A DNA stretch of 64,000 bases from Lama glama (Eukaryota), in NCBI GenBank assembly GCA_028534125.1, contig CM052850.1, positions 25,544,001-25,608,000 of the forward strand, in the 5' to 3' direction. Both the position numbers and the translations under genes were made by a program. The stretch's first letter is position 1, and each line of letters opens with the position of its first letter. Positions 24,800-37,884 of the stretch are shown here, piece after piece. Below the pieces are notes generated by a model. That model saw nothing but the letters and a program-made list of their open reading frames with translations. It made no database searches and was not told where the DNA came from.

Positions 24800-25760
24800 A
24801 GAGAGGAATTCTAAACTGATCACAGATTTCAGCGTAAGATGTAAAACTATAAAACTTTCAAATGAGAACAGAGGGGAGAACCTTTGGGACCTGGAGCCAG
24901 GCAGAGACTTCCCAGACTTCCCAGCAGAAGCACCGTCCCCGCATGCACGCATGCTCGCACACGCACATGCACACATGTGCACACACACGCAGGTAAATTG
25001 GACGGATCAGGATTGAAAACTGACACCTGTGAAAGACCTGCCAGGAGGGAAAGACAAGAAGCAGATGAGGAGACGGTGTCAGCAAGCCGCGCGTCTGCGG
25101 AGGACAGGGAGGTCGTCTCAAGTAAGGAACCCTTGAACCTCAGCGGTGGAAAACCAGATGGTCCAGTTAGAAAGTCAGAAAAAGCAGAGTGTTTGACCAG
25201 AGTGAGAATCCATGTGGAAGGCTGTCCAGCATTGCTGGCCTTCAGGACTAAAACCGTGATGAGATGGCACCCTGGCCCATCAGAGGCTAAATGACAGTGA
25301 CATCACAGATGCCACCTGGGCCGTGGCTGGTGGGCACGTCCGATGGGGCCGAGGCTCTGGAAACAGGTGGGAAGGATCTCGTGAAGTCATAGTGTCCTCA
25401 CCGCGTGGCCCCGCAAGCTCGTTCTGGGGCGTTTATCCCAGAGAAGTGGACGCTCACGTTCACACAAAACCTCCACGTGAGTGTCCACGGCAGCTTCGTT
25501 TATAAGAACCACACCCTGCAAACACCCGAGGCCCCTCCGGGGGTGAGAGGTTCAGCAGACGGGGGCGGTGCCCCGAAACAAATGCTCGGGCCACAGAAAC
25601 AGCAAACCCGCAGCGCCGCCCCAGGGATCTCCACAGGGGGCGTCTCCAAGGTCACACGCTGCGTGCCTCCACCCCTGTGACGGCCTCCAGGTGTCAGAGT
25701 GGTGGGGGGACAGGTTAGTGGTCGCGGGGACGCGCAGGGTGGGTGTCCACAGGGGCACAA
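24800..25760 (+). mobile_element. Degraded L1M ORF2-end/3' UTR fragments
   Basis: gatcacagatttcagcgtaagatgtaaaactataaaactt, cacacaaaacctccacgtgagtgtccacggcagcttcgtttataa and ggttagtggtcgcgggg are L1 3'-end motifs. Confidence 0.65.
24941..24991 (+). repeat. Degenerate (CA)/(GCAC)n alternating purine-pyrimidine tract
   Basis: gcatgcacgcatgctcgcacacgcacatgcacacatgtgcacacacacgca. Confidence 0.8.
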
Positions 25761-26049
25761 GGCCGCTCCTCGGCGGTGGCAGGGCAGTGGCTCAGGTGCA
25801 CACGCGAGGGGAACCCACCTGCGCACACATGTGGGAGCGTACAGAGACTGGTGCATACAGGAGGGGAAAGCGCACAGAAGCACATGTGTGTGCACACAGG
25901 GACGAGACCTGGACGAGGCCGGGGTCTCGGTGGCCGCGTTGTCCCAGGGTCGCTTTCTTGCTCTTGGTATTGTGCTGCAGTTTACACGGGATTCACCGTT
26001 GGGGACACAGGACTCTGTACGTTCCCATGGGTCTGTAATCACCGCAAGA

Positions 26050-26440
26050 TGTGTCTGTCAGGGTTCAGCCAGAGAAGCAGAACCAGGAAGAGATAGGTGT
26101 GTTTGTGAGAGACAGACAGACAGACATGGGGAGAGAGCCAGTAAGAGCCAGAAGGAGCTTACTGCAGGGAACTGGCTTACAGTTGTGGGGGCGGCCACGC
26201 ACGTTTGAAGTCTGTGGGGCAGGTGGGACTCCACGGCCAGAGCTGAGTGGTGTCCCCGAGGCCAGGGACAGCCTTACCCACCTGAGCATGCCAGGGTGAT
26301 CTCTTTTTTGATTAATTTCTCAGCAGCCGGTTAGGACTTCAATCACATCTGCACAGTCCCTTCAGGGCAGCACCGGAGTCGTGTCTGATTGAGTGACGGG
26401 GCCATGGCTCAGCCTGGGCCACTCGGCGTTGTGACAGTTG
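26050..26440. mobile_element. MLT2-like (ERVL) LTR
   Basis: tgtcagggttcagccagagaagcagaaccag at the start and aatcacatctgcacagtcccttca near the end. Confidence 0.6.
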
Positions 26441-28789
26441 TTCCAAACTGACCCTCGGAGAGCCACGTGCTTCTTCTTAACGTTACACGGGCGTTCTGTA
26501 ATTTCTGAAAAATGAAACACTGTTTTGTACACGTTGAGGTTGATGTAAATCGCGTTAGTGGAGAGGGCATAACTTCCCACAAGTTACAGTGTTGATGTCT
26601 GGAAACAGACCGATCGTTGCTCTCGCAGGCGCTTCCGCTGTCACCTCAGGACCGTCAGTCATCGAACAGCCCACGGGCAGGCCGCTGATGATCAGCGCGC
26701 ACAGGGCTCCTTGCGCCTCCTGGACGGACATCCCCGTTTCATTTCCTTCACAGACCTTTATCCTGGCAGCCGGGCTGTGACACTCCTTTGCAGCACAAGT
26801 AGGGACAGACACTGAAGCTGGAACTTCGTTTCCTGTAACCGTGAGGCCTGGAGGGCTCGGTGAACTCGCCTGGGTTGAGTTCTCATTGCAGCTGTTGGTT
26901 CACAGTTGAACAAAACCACAGAAGTTACTGCTAGTTTTTACCTAGTTCTTAATAACGCGGCACTGTGAACGCTCCCTGGAGGTGGGGGGGCTGCGGTTTT
27001 AGTTAATTCCTGGATCTGTGGACGACGAGGGTCAGTGTGGCGCTTGAAATGACTCAAGGTTCAACATGGGTTCTGTCTGTGTCTTTAGGTTTGATGGTTT
27101 TGAGTTCTGAAGCTCTTTGTCTGCATAGATATGTGGACGAGGAAGGAGCTCTCAGTGCTTCACGGTGTGTGCCGAAACCCTTAGTGGTCTCTCGCTGGAA
27201 GTTACTCTGGCGATCTGTGAGCTGAGGACATGAGTGGGCTGTCCGTCTGCTGTGCGAAGCGGGCTGGAGGGAGCGGTCGCCGGCCGAGCCGTGGCGCCCT
27301 CACCCAAGGCCGGCCGGGGTTTGGCCCGAGGCCAGCATCCGTGCGACACTGCTCCTCCTTGTGGTCTGAGTGGGGGAAAAGGACTTTGTGGGGGGGCAGA
27401 CACGCTGACTGGGGCTGCTCTCAGGGCGAGCGTCTGGGGAGCAGTGCCTCTGGGAGCTGAGTTGCCGAGAGCGCTGCGCGATCAGGACCCCCGGGAGTCT
27501 GGGGCGCTCCCGGGCCTACCCGCGCTCCAGTGTGACCGTCCCGACCCGGGTCTCAGGCCGTTGCTTCCTTGATCGTCAGGGAAAGAAAGGATCTTTAGGG
27601 AAAAGGGTGGATTTAGTCAAACATCTTTCCTGCTGGGGGCTGGAGTATGTTTTAATCCGTTCCCCGCAGACCTGCCAGGCCCATGTGTGCTGATGTCTGT
27701 GGTGGCTTCGTTGATGGGGTGTTTGGGACCTGGGAGACACTGGCATTCCACGGGACGCTTGTTCGGCCTCCTGTTTCGATATGTGGGAAGCTGGAACCTT
27801 CGTGTGCAGCCTGGCTGTGAGCTCGGTACCGAGTCAGAGGTCGCCTGGGGGGCCCGTGCTGGCTCACGTGTGGGTGGGGCGGCAGGACTGGGCGGGCACT
27901 GCAACGAGCAGCATCCCTGAGGGCTGGACACCTTGGGGTGGCCCCCGCGCGGCTGATCATGCTTTTGTTTTAGGAGACACCTTGGGTCCTGCGATTCCCT
28001 TGAGCATGAAGCAGTGCAGTTGGAGCCTCCGATTTGGGGGGAGGGCATTCACAGCCGCGTGGCTGTGAGGGGGGCTCGCTTCTCCCATGTGCTTTGGGGG
28101 ATGGGAGGTCTACCGCCGAGTTGTTTTTGGAGAGTGAAGTCAAGGAGTGACATCCTTCGCAGGTGACACTGCTCTGCACCGCAGCCTCCACCGTGGGGCC
28201 CCCTCTCCAGGCCCCTGTGGCTGGGAGGCAACCAGGGGACGTGTCCACGACCGTGTGCCCGTCTGCGTGTGCAAATGTGCGTCCTCACTCAGAGGAGCCC
28301 GTGCGGGCGCAGTGCTGTAGCGTCATGTCCTGCAGAGCTGAGTCCCCTCCCTTTGGCTGTGGTCCCGCCCCCCCCTTCCTCTGCGCAGCACCGGCATCCT
28401 GGACCGGTACCGACGAGTACCTCGGTCACGAAGACCTAGATCTCAGATCGGAGTTCGCTGGGATGGAGTCAGTGAAAGCATCAAGCTGCTTTTCGCGCAA
28501 ACGTGCTGTGTCAGAAACCTTGCTAACTGCACGGTAGCAGCTTGTGGCCCCACCTCCCCTGAAACGGTGCGAATGTTCCTGACTCTGCTCTGCCGAGAGC
28601 ACCAGCCACGCGGCAGGGCACCGTCTCCCCGCGGGAGGCCCCTTCGCTGGGTCGTGACGCCCGTGTCCCGCTGGGGCCACTCCCCCGGACCGGGGCGCCA
28701 GGGCTGACTGTCGATTACTCGGATGTGCTGGGACAGTGAATGCTGCTGTGTTAAGGTCTTCTTTTCTCTGTGATTCTTTTGTTCCCTAG

Positions 28790-28906
28790 CGTCGTCCCCC
28801 AGACCACAGTAATTCTCAACAGTGACCGGCAGAGCGCCATTGTAGCCAAGACGGAAGACCCCCTGGGCAGCAGGGCGCCGGAGCCCCTGGAAAATATCCT
28901 TAGCAA
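28790..28906 (+). CDS. BANP: BANP coding exon 4 (CVVPQTTVILNSDRQSAIVAKTEDPLGSRAPEPLENILS), symmetric 117-nt cassette-type exon
   Basis: Acceptor tttgttccctag|C, donor AA|GTCAGT; phase 2/2; matches recalled BANP segment VVPQTTVILN. Confidence 0.93.
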
Positions 28907-29126
28907 GTCAGTAGCACGCCACCACCCTCCACTGCCACCGCCACCGCCGGGGCCCCTCGGGGGCGGGGCGGCGGCCCAGGCACCCCTGCCGTTGGCCCGC
29001 GGTTCCCCGTGGTCGGGGGGCTGCGCTGGATGGGGCAGGGCCCAGGGGTCCCTGCTCGCACGTGCTGTGGGGAGGCGCTGTGTTCTCACCACGGTCCGTG
29101 GAACTCGTCCTCCCACCCCCGTCCCA

Positions 29127-29152
29127 TCTGTCTGTCTGTCTGTCTGTCTGTC
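29127..29152 (+). repeat. (TCTG)6.5 microsatellite
   Basis: Direct read: 26 nt of perfect TCTG repeat. Confidence 0.95.
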
Positions 29153-30122
29153 CGGAGCACGTCAGGTCAGCGGACGCCCTCCCTGGTTGGCGCAGTGACG
29201 GAGGCGTTCTGAGGTGGTGCTTTTTTCTCACTCCCTTTTCTTTGGAGACGTTTGGGACGTGACCTCGGTCAGAAATGGGCGCGCTGGAAGCGCACGGTCG
29301 CCCCTCATGTGACAGCGGCCCCGCTGCTCGAGGTTCCTGGGGGAGGAAAGGCGGCGGAGGGCCGGTCCGCGGGGGGCCGGGTCCCCCAGGTGTGGCCCGG
29401 CCTCAGCGCTCTGACCGCGGGGACGGGGGCACCGCTGCTTCCCCTCCCTCGGTGCGCAGCCGCCTCTTGCAGGGAAGTCGAGGGGGTCATCAGGAAGGCA
29501 GGGAGTGCGTCTCCACACCATTCTTTTTTGGGGCACTTCGGGGAGCTGGCTGGTGGTCTGTTTTTCTGCAGTCTCTCACTGCTCCGTGTCAGGTCCCTCG
29601 TGGTGGTGAGATAGCCCCAGGAGATTCTCGACTGGCTTTTTAAACCCACTTCAGTGGTTTTTGTCAGTGGGACTCGGGGGCGATACCTACACTTTCACGG
29701 GCTGAGTCATTCCTGGGCCGTCTCCCGGACGGCGGGGCGGGGGGCGCGGTCGGAGCCCCTGGGCACGCTTTCTGCAGACGCGGCCCGGAACGCCGCTCTG
29801 ACTCACACGGGAGCGCTTTGTAGGGTCACCTCTGTGATCGGAAGGCAGCGTTCGAGGCTTGAGTCACAGCGAGCTGTCATTTCACTTCTGTGGCAGACAC
29901 AGTTTTCCTAAATGCTTCAAATTTCACAGTTTCTTTGAACGCTTGGCTGCCTCCTGCTGTCCAAGGCCATTAGTCTGGCAGAGGGAGCCGTGTGGGAGGA
30001 CACGTGGCCCAGGCGCGGGCAGCGGGGCTCTGAGAGACGCGGGAGCGCAGGGGCAGGGCGCGCTGGTCCCCGCCTGTGGTTGCCTTGCTCTCACGACACT
30101 GGTGTTTCTGTTTCCCGCTCAG

Positions 30123-30295
30123 CGCGGTTCCTGGCCGTCGGCAGAACACCATCGTGGTCAAGGTGCCGGGTCAGGAGGACGGCCATGAGGACGGGGAGAG
30201 CGGGTCCGAGGCCAGCGACTCCGTGTCCAACTGCGGACAGTCTGGAAGCCAGAGCATCGGCAACAACGTCACCCTCATCACCCTGAACTCGGAAG
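30123..30295 (+). CDS. BANP: BANP coding exon 5 (NAVPGRRQNTIVVKVPGQEDGHEDGESGSEASDSVSNCGQSGSQSIGNNVTLITLNSE)
   Basis: Acceptor tttcccgctcag|C, donor AAG|GTGCGC; 173 nt, ends phase 1. Confidence 0.96.
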
Positions 30296-31404
30296 GTGCG
30301 CCCGCCCGCCGCCCGGCTCCCCCCTCCCTCTGCGTGAGCGGTGACAGGCGTGAGGTCGGCCCCGCATGACGCGGGCATCCACCGTGCGGGCCCGCCACTC
30401 GTGGCTTTGTGCGGTGGACACCTGGAGCTCTGTGACCCGCACACAGGGCGTGAGTGCAGGGCTGCGGCTGGGGAGGGACGGCTGAAAGGTAGAGTCGGGT
30501 TTTCTATGCGCAGAGGGTGAGTGCCCAACACCCACGTCGTTCAGGGCCAACTGCAATTTTCTTTTCTGCTTTTTAGAAAAGTCACACATGTTTATTGTTT
30601 TTAAAAGGTGATAAGGCATAAAAATGATGAAGAAAGTGAAAATATTGTGGAAAATAGTGTGTCCAGAGATCTCTATGAATCTTTTGGGCTTTTTCTGTTT
30701 GTAATGCACACATGTTATACTTAGACTTTATAACTTGCTTTTCCCCACTGCACAGTCGAAGTCTCCCCCCGTTGCTCAGAGCTACAGAGTCGTTTCACGG
30801 GGTGCCGCTGTCACTGAGCCGCGTCCTGGAGGCTAGTGTCTAATGATGGATGCTTGTAGGTCTCCATCCAGCGGGCGGCTCACTGCTCAGACCCCGGCCC
30901 CGGCCCGTGTGAGGAGGGCCTCACACAGCCTCGAGGGCCTGCATGTCCAGGTGGAGTCCACATGGGCCGCGCCACCCCCGCCTGCCGCGGTGCAGAGGGG
31001 ACGTCCTCGCTCCTGCCGGGTCTGGGGTCCACTGTTGTTGGGCCTGGGTCCAAGTGGGCCCTTCAGCACAGCTGTGTCGGGCTTCCGAGGGCCGCTGACT
31101 GTGCGAGGGAAGCGAGGACAGACAAGGGTAGCGGCACGTTGCCGAGTCTACAGCTTGTGATTCGTCAGCTGGGAAGAACTGGGGAGGTGTTTCTGCTTCT
31201 GTGTCTGAGTCATTGATTTTCCCCAAAAACACGACAGAGATTTTTCTGTGGAACAGAGATTTCCCTTTGAGGAAGACTGGGTACCGTGTCTGAGACACTG
31301 AAAATTGTCTTCCCCAGAATGTCGTCCAGTCCTGGCAGACGCTGCTGGGACTGAGCTGGCAGAGCAGGGCGCACAGGAAAAGTGAATTGGGCAACTTTTA
31401 GAAA

Positions 31405-31770
31405 AGGATTGAGATCTAATTTACTTACCATGAAATTGACCATTTTGAAGCGTTCACATTGGTGGGCTCCAGGGCAGACACCAAGTGGGCAGCCCCACCC
31501 CCGAGAGCTCCGGGCGGTCACTCCCAGCGCCCCGCGCCCGGCCTGGCCGCCGCTGCCCTGCGTTCCGACCCGCCCCTGCTGTGGCCAGGTGATGTCCGTC
31601 ACGTGGCTGGGGCGCATTTTGCTCATCTGCTCCCCCGTCAATGGACGCTTGGGTTGCTTCCGCTTTGGGGCTGTTACGCCAAGTGCTGCTGCGAACGTTC
31701 GGGTGGAGGTCTCCGTGTGGCTGACGCACTCATTCCCTTGGGCTGGTGCCTGGGGTGGAGTGGCTGGGTC
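31405..31770 (-). mobile_element. L1M 3'-end fragment, antisense, strongly GC-shifted
   Basis: ttgagatctaatttacttaccatgaaattgaccattttgaag and gatggacgcttgggttgcttccgctttggggctgtt..gctgctgcgaacgtt-like motifs. Confidence 0.7.
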
Positions 31771-34700
31771 GGGGCGGCGAGGCTTTGGACGCACTGAATT
31801 TGAGGAGAAGAGGGAAGCTCCTGACTTCACCCAGGTGGGTGGTGAATCAAAGGCACACTTGCTTCAGTTGCAGAGGAAGCGAACTGTCTTTACTCCTTTT
31901 CCAGGTGGATTTTGGGTAAATATCCATGTAGGTGTGACTGCCTACTTCAGGCCTAGTTTATTTGGTTTAAACTGCATCCAGCTATGAAACATAACATTGG
32001 ATAATCTGGGCAGATTCTGGGGTTATCATGAAAAGAAAAACATTTCACCTTTTAAGTTTATGTTTCTTAATGTGACATGATTAATGTAAACTGTATTTCC
32101 GTGGGGGCCACTGCAGCGTGACCCTCATGTGAACGTATGGAAAGTCCAGTTTCGAGCTTGTGAGTATTGATAACTGTAGGGAAAAACATGGATTTTTGTG
32201 TGTCTGCGTTTGCTGACACCGTTTTTGGGAGCATCACCCCTGCAGTTCCGACGTCATGAGCACGTTGAGCTGAGGACCTCAGCTGGTGTGGAGGTTTGTG
32301 AAGGTGGCGCAGAGACAGGGGTATCTCTGAGCAACTGCCGTGCTTGTGAATGTGGGGGAAGAGCTTATCTGTGGACCCTGTTGTGTGGAGCTGAGGCGGC
32401 GGCAGCTGGGAGAATTAGGAGTGCACTGAGAATCGGATCAGCTGTTTCACGCTGCGTCCTCCCTGGACCAGACAGCCTGCTCTGCCAGGGAGTCGCCGAG
32501 GACGCGCGGCCGCTGCAGGCCCTGGCGGGGCCGCAGGTGCAGCCCCCACCCCCCTGAGAAGCACCCAGGGCTGCACTGGATGGATATTCTCAGCCCCTAC
32601 AAGTGCCTCCCTGCCTGAGCCCGGAGAACCGCGGGTTGTCAGAACGCTCACTTCCTAGGGGTTCCCACTGCTGTGCGCGGGCTCTGTGGCAGACATGGGG
32701 GCACCCGCTGCCTGCAGAGGTGCTGGGTGGTGGCGCCCCCGTGTTCTAGTCAGGCTCTGGCTGTCACGGCACGAACTCAGAGCAGTGCTGGCTGGCGGCC
32801 ATGGCTTTCTCTCCCTGGGCAGTTTGGTCTGAGTTCCCTGCCTTTGGTAAGTCCCACGAGTGCCAGCGGGTGCAGGGCGATCGCTCAGAGATGAAGCTGG
32901 CTGAGGCAGGGAAACACAGTAGCCATAGTGGACCCACAGTAGCGCCTGTTGCTTAGTGAAGGGGTTTGGTTAGCTTCTTAATGAAGGGCTTAAATTCCTG
33001 CTGCTGTGCATGTGGTCATTCTTACAAAACTTGACAAGCCCCCATATCAGACGATAGGTGCTTACTTCCGATGAAAAGGATTGTGTTTGGATTCTAGTTG
33101 GAACACTGTCAGGCGTCAGCCTGGCGAGGGTTGCACAGTCCCCGTCAGTGACGTGCTTCACGTGCACGTGTCCGGGGTGTGCTCGGCAGGGGGTGTGCAG
33201 GCAAGTCTGGGAGAAGCAGTGGTTTGGGAGAGGCAGTTGGGCACAGCAGGGAAGCTCGGGCGTGGTCTCCGGGATGCTGGTGCTGCTGTGGGCTACAAAG
33301 GGAGGTCACCCCAAATTGCTGGCTTCTCAGAACAGCAGCTGTGCACGCGCAGAGAGGGAGATTTAGCCAAAAACACCTCTTGAGAATTTATTCACATAAT
33401 TTATTTTCCATAAAGCTTCTCTTTACATGAATTGTGTTTGGTAACATTAAAATGCATTTTATTGGCGATCGTAAATTGGCTGCTAACGAGAGTAGGGCTG
33501 AGAAAGAGGCCTAGTGTGAGCACGTCCACGGGTCTCTGTGTGTGACCACGCAGTGACCACATGGCGACCACATGGCGAATAGTCATTTATCCCCTGTCAG
33601 AGAAGAAGGGCCGCCCTCACCGGGTTTCGGAACCGCAGCGTGTGACCCTGAGGGACACCGGCTATGCCCAGGGTCCCGCTCCTCGTGTCAGAGGACTGAG
33701 GGGTCCTCACACACTTGCTGTCGTCACGGCTGAGCTCATGGTGACAGGCCCCACTCAGTAGCACAACAACAGATCCTTCACGGGTCACGCCTAGGGCTCT
33801 CACCGTCTGCCAGCTGGAGGAGATCCTGATGAGTGGCCGTAGGCAGGTCGCCCCCTGGCTCTGGCAGCACCCTGAGCTCTGGGGTGCGTGCGGTCGTGCA
33901 GCCCCAGAGGGCCCTGACGTCAACCTCAGCCTTCCCATCCCTGCCTGGAACCGTTCCTCCCAATTTATGCAGCGTGTTGCTTGTGAAATTCATAAACAGT
34001 TTGGGCAGCCATGACAAAAGCCAGATGAAACCCAGCCCGACACCAGCCCAGGAGCACAAGGCGTCCCCCGAAGGCTCCTGAAGCCTCTCCGGAGGTGGCG
34101 GTAGCTCGAGGAGCGGCCCAATGCGTCACGCGCCTCATCTCGTGCATTGACGCGGGCCCCGAGCTTCGGGCAGCCCCGAAGACTGTGAGCTTCTAAGGGT
34201 CATCTTTCCGCTTGTTCACCTTCCACAAAACAAATATTTGTGTTCTGAACTGTTTTAATGGTAAGAAAGTTCAAGTTACTGCTGCAGGTTTTTCATTGAA
34301 TAGGTGTTTCAGAAGTGCCAGGTAATTTAATTAAAGATTTAAGTGATTGAAACAGAAAGCCAGTTTATTTTTCTTATAATCCAACTGGTAGTTTTAAAAT
34401 AAAGCTGCTAGAATCTTTCTGTTGTTTCAGATGCCAAAAATGGACCAAACTTTTTTTAGTAAAATAAATACATCCTTTCTGAATTGTCAGAAGGCAGATT
34501 TCTCAAACATTTATGTGGCAGGTGCTCCGTCTCGTGTTACTTTCAGAAGATGTGACTCCTTCTCAGTGGTGAGAAGCCGGGGTTCAGGCAGGACTCTGGC
34601 GTCGGGTCAGGGCAGGGGTGTGCCGTGGCGGTGACCCTGCCCCCCGGGGCACCCCTGTTCTCCTGTCAGAGGTTTTCCCCCTTGTGTTGGTCAGATTGCT

Positions 34701-37644
34701 GCTGTGTTTCTGGTCCCCCAGCTCGGCCTTCTTACCTGAGAGATTGACGGCGCTAAAGGGAAGTTAGGTGGTAAGTAGGTTAAGCCTTCCAAAATTTTGA
34801 GGTGTTTGAAATAAAGTTTCTGGGTAATTTCCTGTGTTACCAGAGATACTTAAGCCATTATTCCTGGGGTGATGTGGGAAATAAAGCTAATTTAGGCTGA
34901 GTGACTTTGAGGGTAGCGGGGGTACTAGAGGAGTCTAGAGTGACACCCTTCATCCTCCAGAAGGTTCTGGTAATGTTTCTGCAGGCCTGTCTGCCAGCTC
35001 TAGGGCCCGCTTTCGTCCATGGTCACGTGTCACCGTGTCAGCAGGGAGCCCGGCCTTCCCATGCCTGCAAGGCTGGGTGAGGAAACAGCCCTCGGGGGCC
35101 CATGGGAGCCGTGCCAGCCCCGGGCCCTCCTGGTTCCCGTTTCCCTCGCTTACATTGGCCAGAACCTCCTCGCTGAGCCACGGCTGCCCTTTCCCTGTTC
35201 TCGTCCGCAGCACTGCTCGCAGACGCCCACCTGTGAGCAGCGAGGAGTTTCTGATTAACCAGTCGTAATGATGATTACTTTTTACACCAAAAAATGAAGC
35301 TTCCCTTTCATTTGTGAATTTTTTCATTCATTTAACGTGGTGTTTTGCCTTCACAGGAACTAAGTTTAATAGGTGAAGTCACCTTTTCATTCCTTCCTCT
35401 TCAATCAGTTTGAAAGTGTCTGCCTTTAGGCATCTGTCTCCTGCCTCTGTGTCAGTGGGACTTCGGGGCGTCGGCTCGGTGCCCCGGGACCGGAAGGCGC
35501 TCCAGGATGGTGCTCGGCCGGAGGACAGCCCTCCCTCTGCAGCAGGGCCGAGTCTGGGGTCTGGACCGGCCGGGGGCTCCCCGCACGGGGCCGCTTGCTG
35601 GGGGGCTTGCGGGACTGGTGCCCCTGCCTGCGTTCTTGGGCAGGGTGGGCCCTGCTGGCGGTGCGCAGCCCGGCTTTGGCGGAAGGAGATTACTTCCAGG
35701 GCGGCAAGGAGCGGGTGAGTGTGGGGAGCCCGGCAGGAAGCTGGTCCTCAGGTGCAGCTGGTGATGGGGTTCACGGGAGCCATCCTCCCTCCTCGACTGA
35801 GTGGCCGCCCTGCCGCGCTCACGCCTGGGCGCAGCGTCACCCTGCTGAGGTGCAGACGTGCTGTTTGGAGGACGACACTGACCTCTTGTCCAGTGTTTGG
35901 TTCGCTTTAAAAATACCGTCTAAACATGGGAGCTGGCCGCACAGGGCCCACGTTGCTTGTCCTTGAGAAGAGCCGCGGGGGTCTTCGGCAGCGTAGGTGG
36001 TTAGGTTGGGAGCCGACGGCCTCTGTCCTGCGCCGGCCCAGGAGTGGCGTCAGGGGCTGGGCACGGGGCAGCGCCCACCCTCTGGATGCAAGCCTTCTCC
36101 TCCCCCTCCTCCGTGCCCACCTTCCTCAGCCGTTCCTCCCTCTGCTGGCTTCACGGTTTGACCGCCGCAGGTGGAGGGTGGTCCTTCCGCTCTGTCTGGT
36201 GTGATTCTAGGTTCACGGAGGAGTTAGATCCTGAGCGCTAGACCCAGTGCCAGGCATTTGTAGATAAATTAGTAGACACCCTAGAAGGTGGAGCCTGTTT
36301 GAAATTCCAGCTGTGACCTCGGGATGGTGCCTCTCAAAGCCCTTCCCCGTCCACACTGAGCTCGTGTGAGCTTCTGTTTTTCCGCCTTCAGGTAAGTGAG
36401 CAGTAGGTGGCTGGGGCTCAGAAAGACGCGCGAGTCCGAGCGCAGGCGTGGAGCACCGGCCCTTCCCTCCACACCGTCCACGTTCCTGAGAAGTGATCCT
36501 ACTTACTCGCCTCCTACTCTGAGTTCCAAAAGTCAGATCTGTGATTTGTTTTCTGTCCTTCGCTAAAGCCAGGGGCCCGGCCCCACCCGCCCTCCCGGTG
36601 GTGACGTGGTCACCCTCCTGGGGCTGCCGAGCCTCGCCTGACATTCGAGGAAATCGTGTGATTCAGGAGCCTGGCTGGAAGAGGCCACCCTCGAGAGGCA
36701 GGGTGTGCAAGTCACAGACAGGCCGGCCCTGGGCTTTCTGCTCTGCTCCAGGCCTTTGGCAAAGCCAGGCAGGGCTGGCTGCCTTTGTGGGGCCTCTTCT
36801 GTGCTTGGAGGCCAGAATGTAAATATCGGGACGTTTCAAAATAAATCTCATGAGAAGTCTTGAAACAGTGATGACTGTGGTTGGGACAGGACTTACAGGC
36901 TGAGGAGACACAGCAGGAAGCCGCTGTCCCCTTAGAGGATTTAACCCTCCCCCGACCATGCCCACCCCCGACGTTGTTGTCCTGTTTTCAGGGCCGTCCC
37001 TCACACCTTAACTTGCTTCCACGTCAGGGTCGGAAGGGATCGTCTGGAAGGTGGCCGAGTTTCCAGGCCGAGTCCAGAGTTCTCTCCATTTGTGATCATA
37101 AGTGGAGTTTCCTTTTGCCTGAGGTTGAGGCCCTTTTAAATGGATGTTTGACCGCGTTAAGCCCTTTCACACACTCGGTCAGTCCTGCAGCGCCCAGCAG
37201 GCTGCTGCACGGACAGTCTGGTTGGGACACCGGCCCGCCGGGGGAGGGTGGAGCTGGAAGCCGAGAGCCTGCCGTGTGCTGCCCGCACCTTCCCTCTTCC
37301 CGGAGGGAGCTGGAGAGGGGCTGGTGGGCTTGCAGGCGGCTCTGGGAGACAGGTGGGGGTCCTGTCCCCAGCCTCTCCTCCGGGGGAAGGGAGTGCTTGC
37401 CGCCTCGCCGCCCTCTCCTCTCCCCGTTGGTCAGCGTCCTGCCTGCCTGTCCCGTGTTGGCCTGGGCCTCGCTGATGTAGGGAGGGAAAGCGGGGTCTTC
37501 CCTCTTGGGGGCGCAGAGCCCTGGGCGGCGGTGTTTTCTCCCCTTGAAAAGTCTGAGCTGCGGGTCCCCAGAGGGCCCTCTGAGTGCCTTTGTGCGGCGC
37601 GGGCACTCGGCAGTGGGGCTCACCCGGGACCCTCTCTCTTTCAG

Positions 37645-37884
37645 AGGACTACCCCAACGGCACGTGGCTGGGGGACGAGAACAACCCTGAGATGCGGGTG
37701 CGCTGCGCCATCATCCCGTCCGACATGCTGCACATCAGCACCAACTGCCGCACAGCCGAGAAGATGGCTCTCACGCTGCTGGACTACCTCTTCCACCGCG
37801 AGGTGCAGGCCGTCTCCAACCTCTCGGGCCAGGGCAAGCACGGCAAAAAGCAGCTCGACCCCCTCACCATCTACGGCATCCGGT
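37645..37884 (+). CDS. BANP: BANP coding exon 6, N-terminal part of BEN domain (EDYPNGTWLGDENNPEMRVRC...KKQLDPLTIYGIR)
   Basis: Acceptor ctctctttcag|AG, donor GGT|GTAAGT; 240 nt; translation visible within ORF 37584..38189. Confidence 0.97.
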
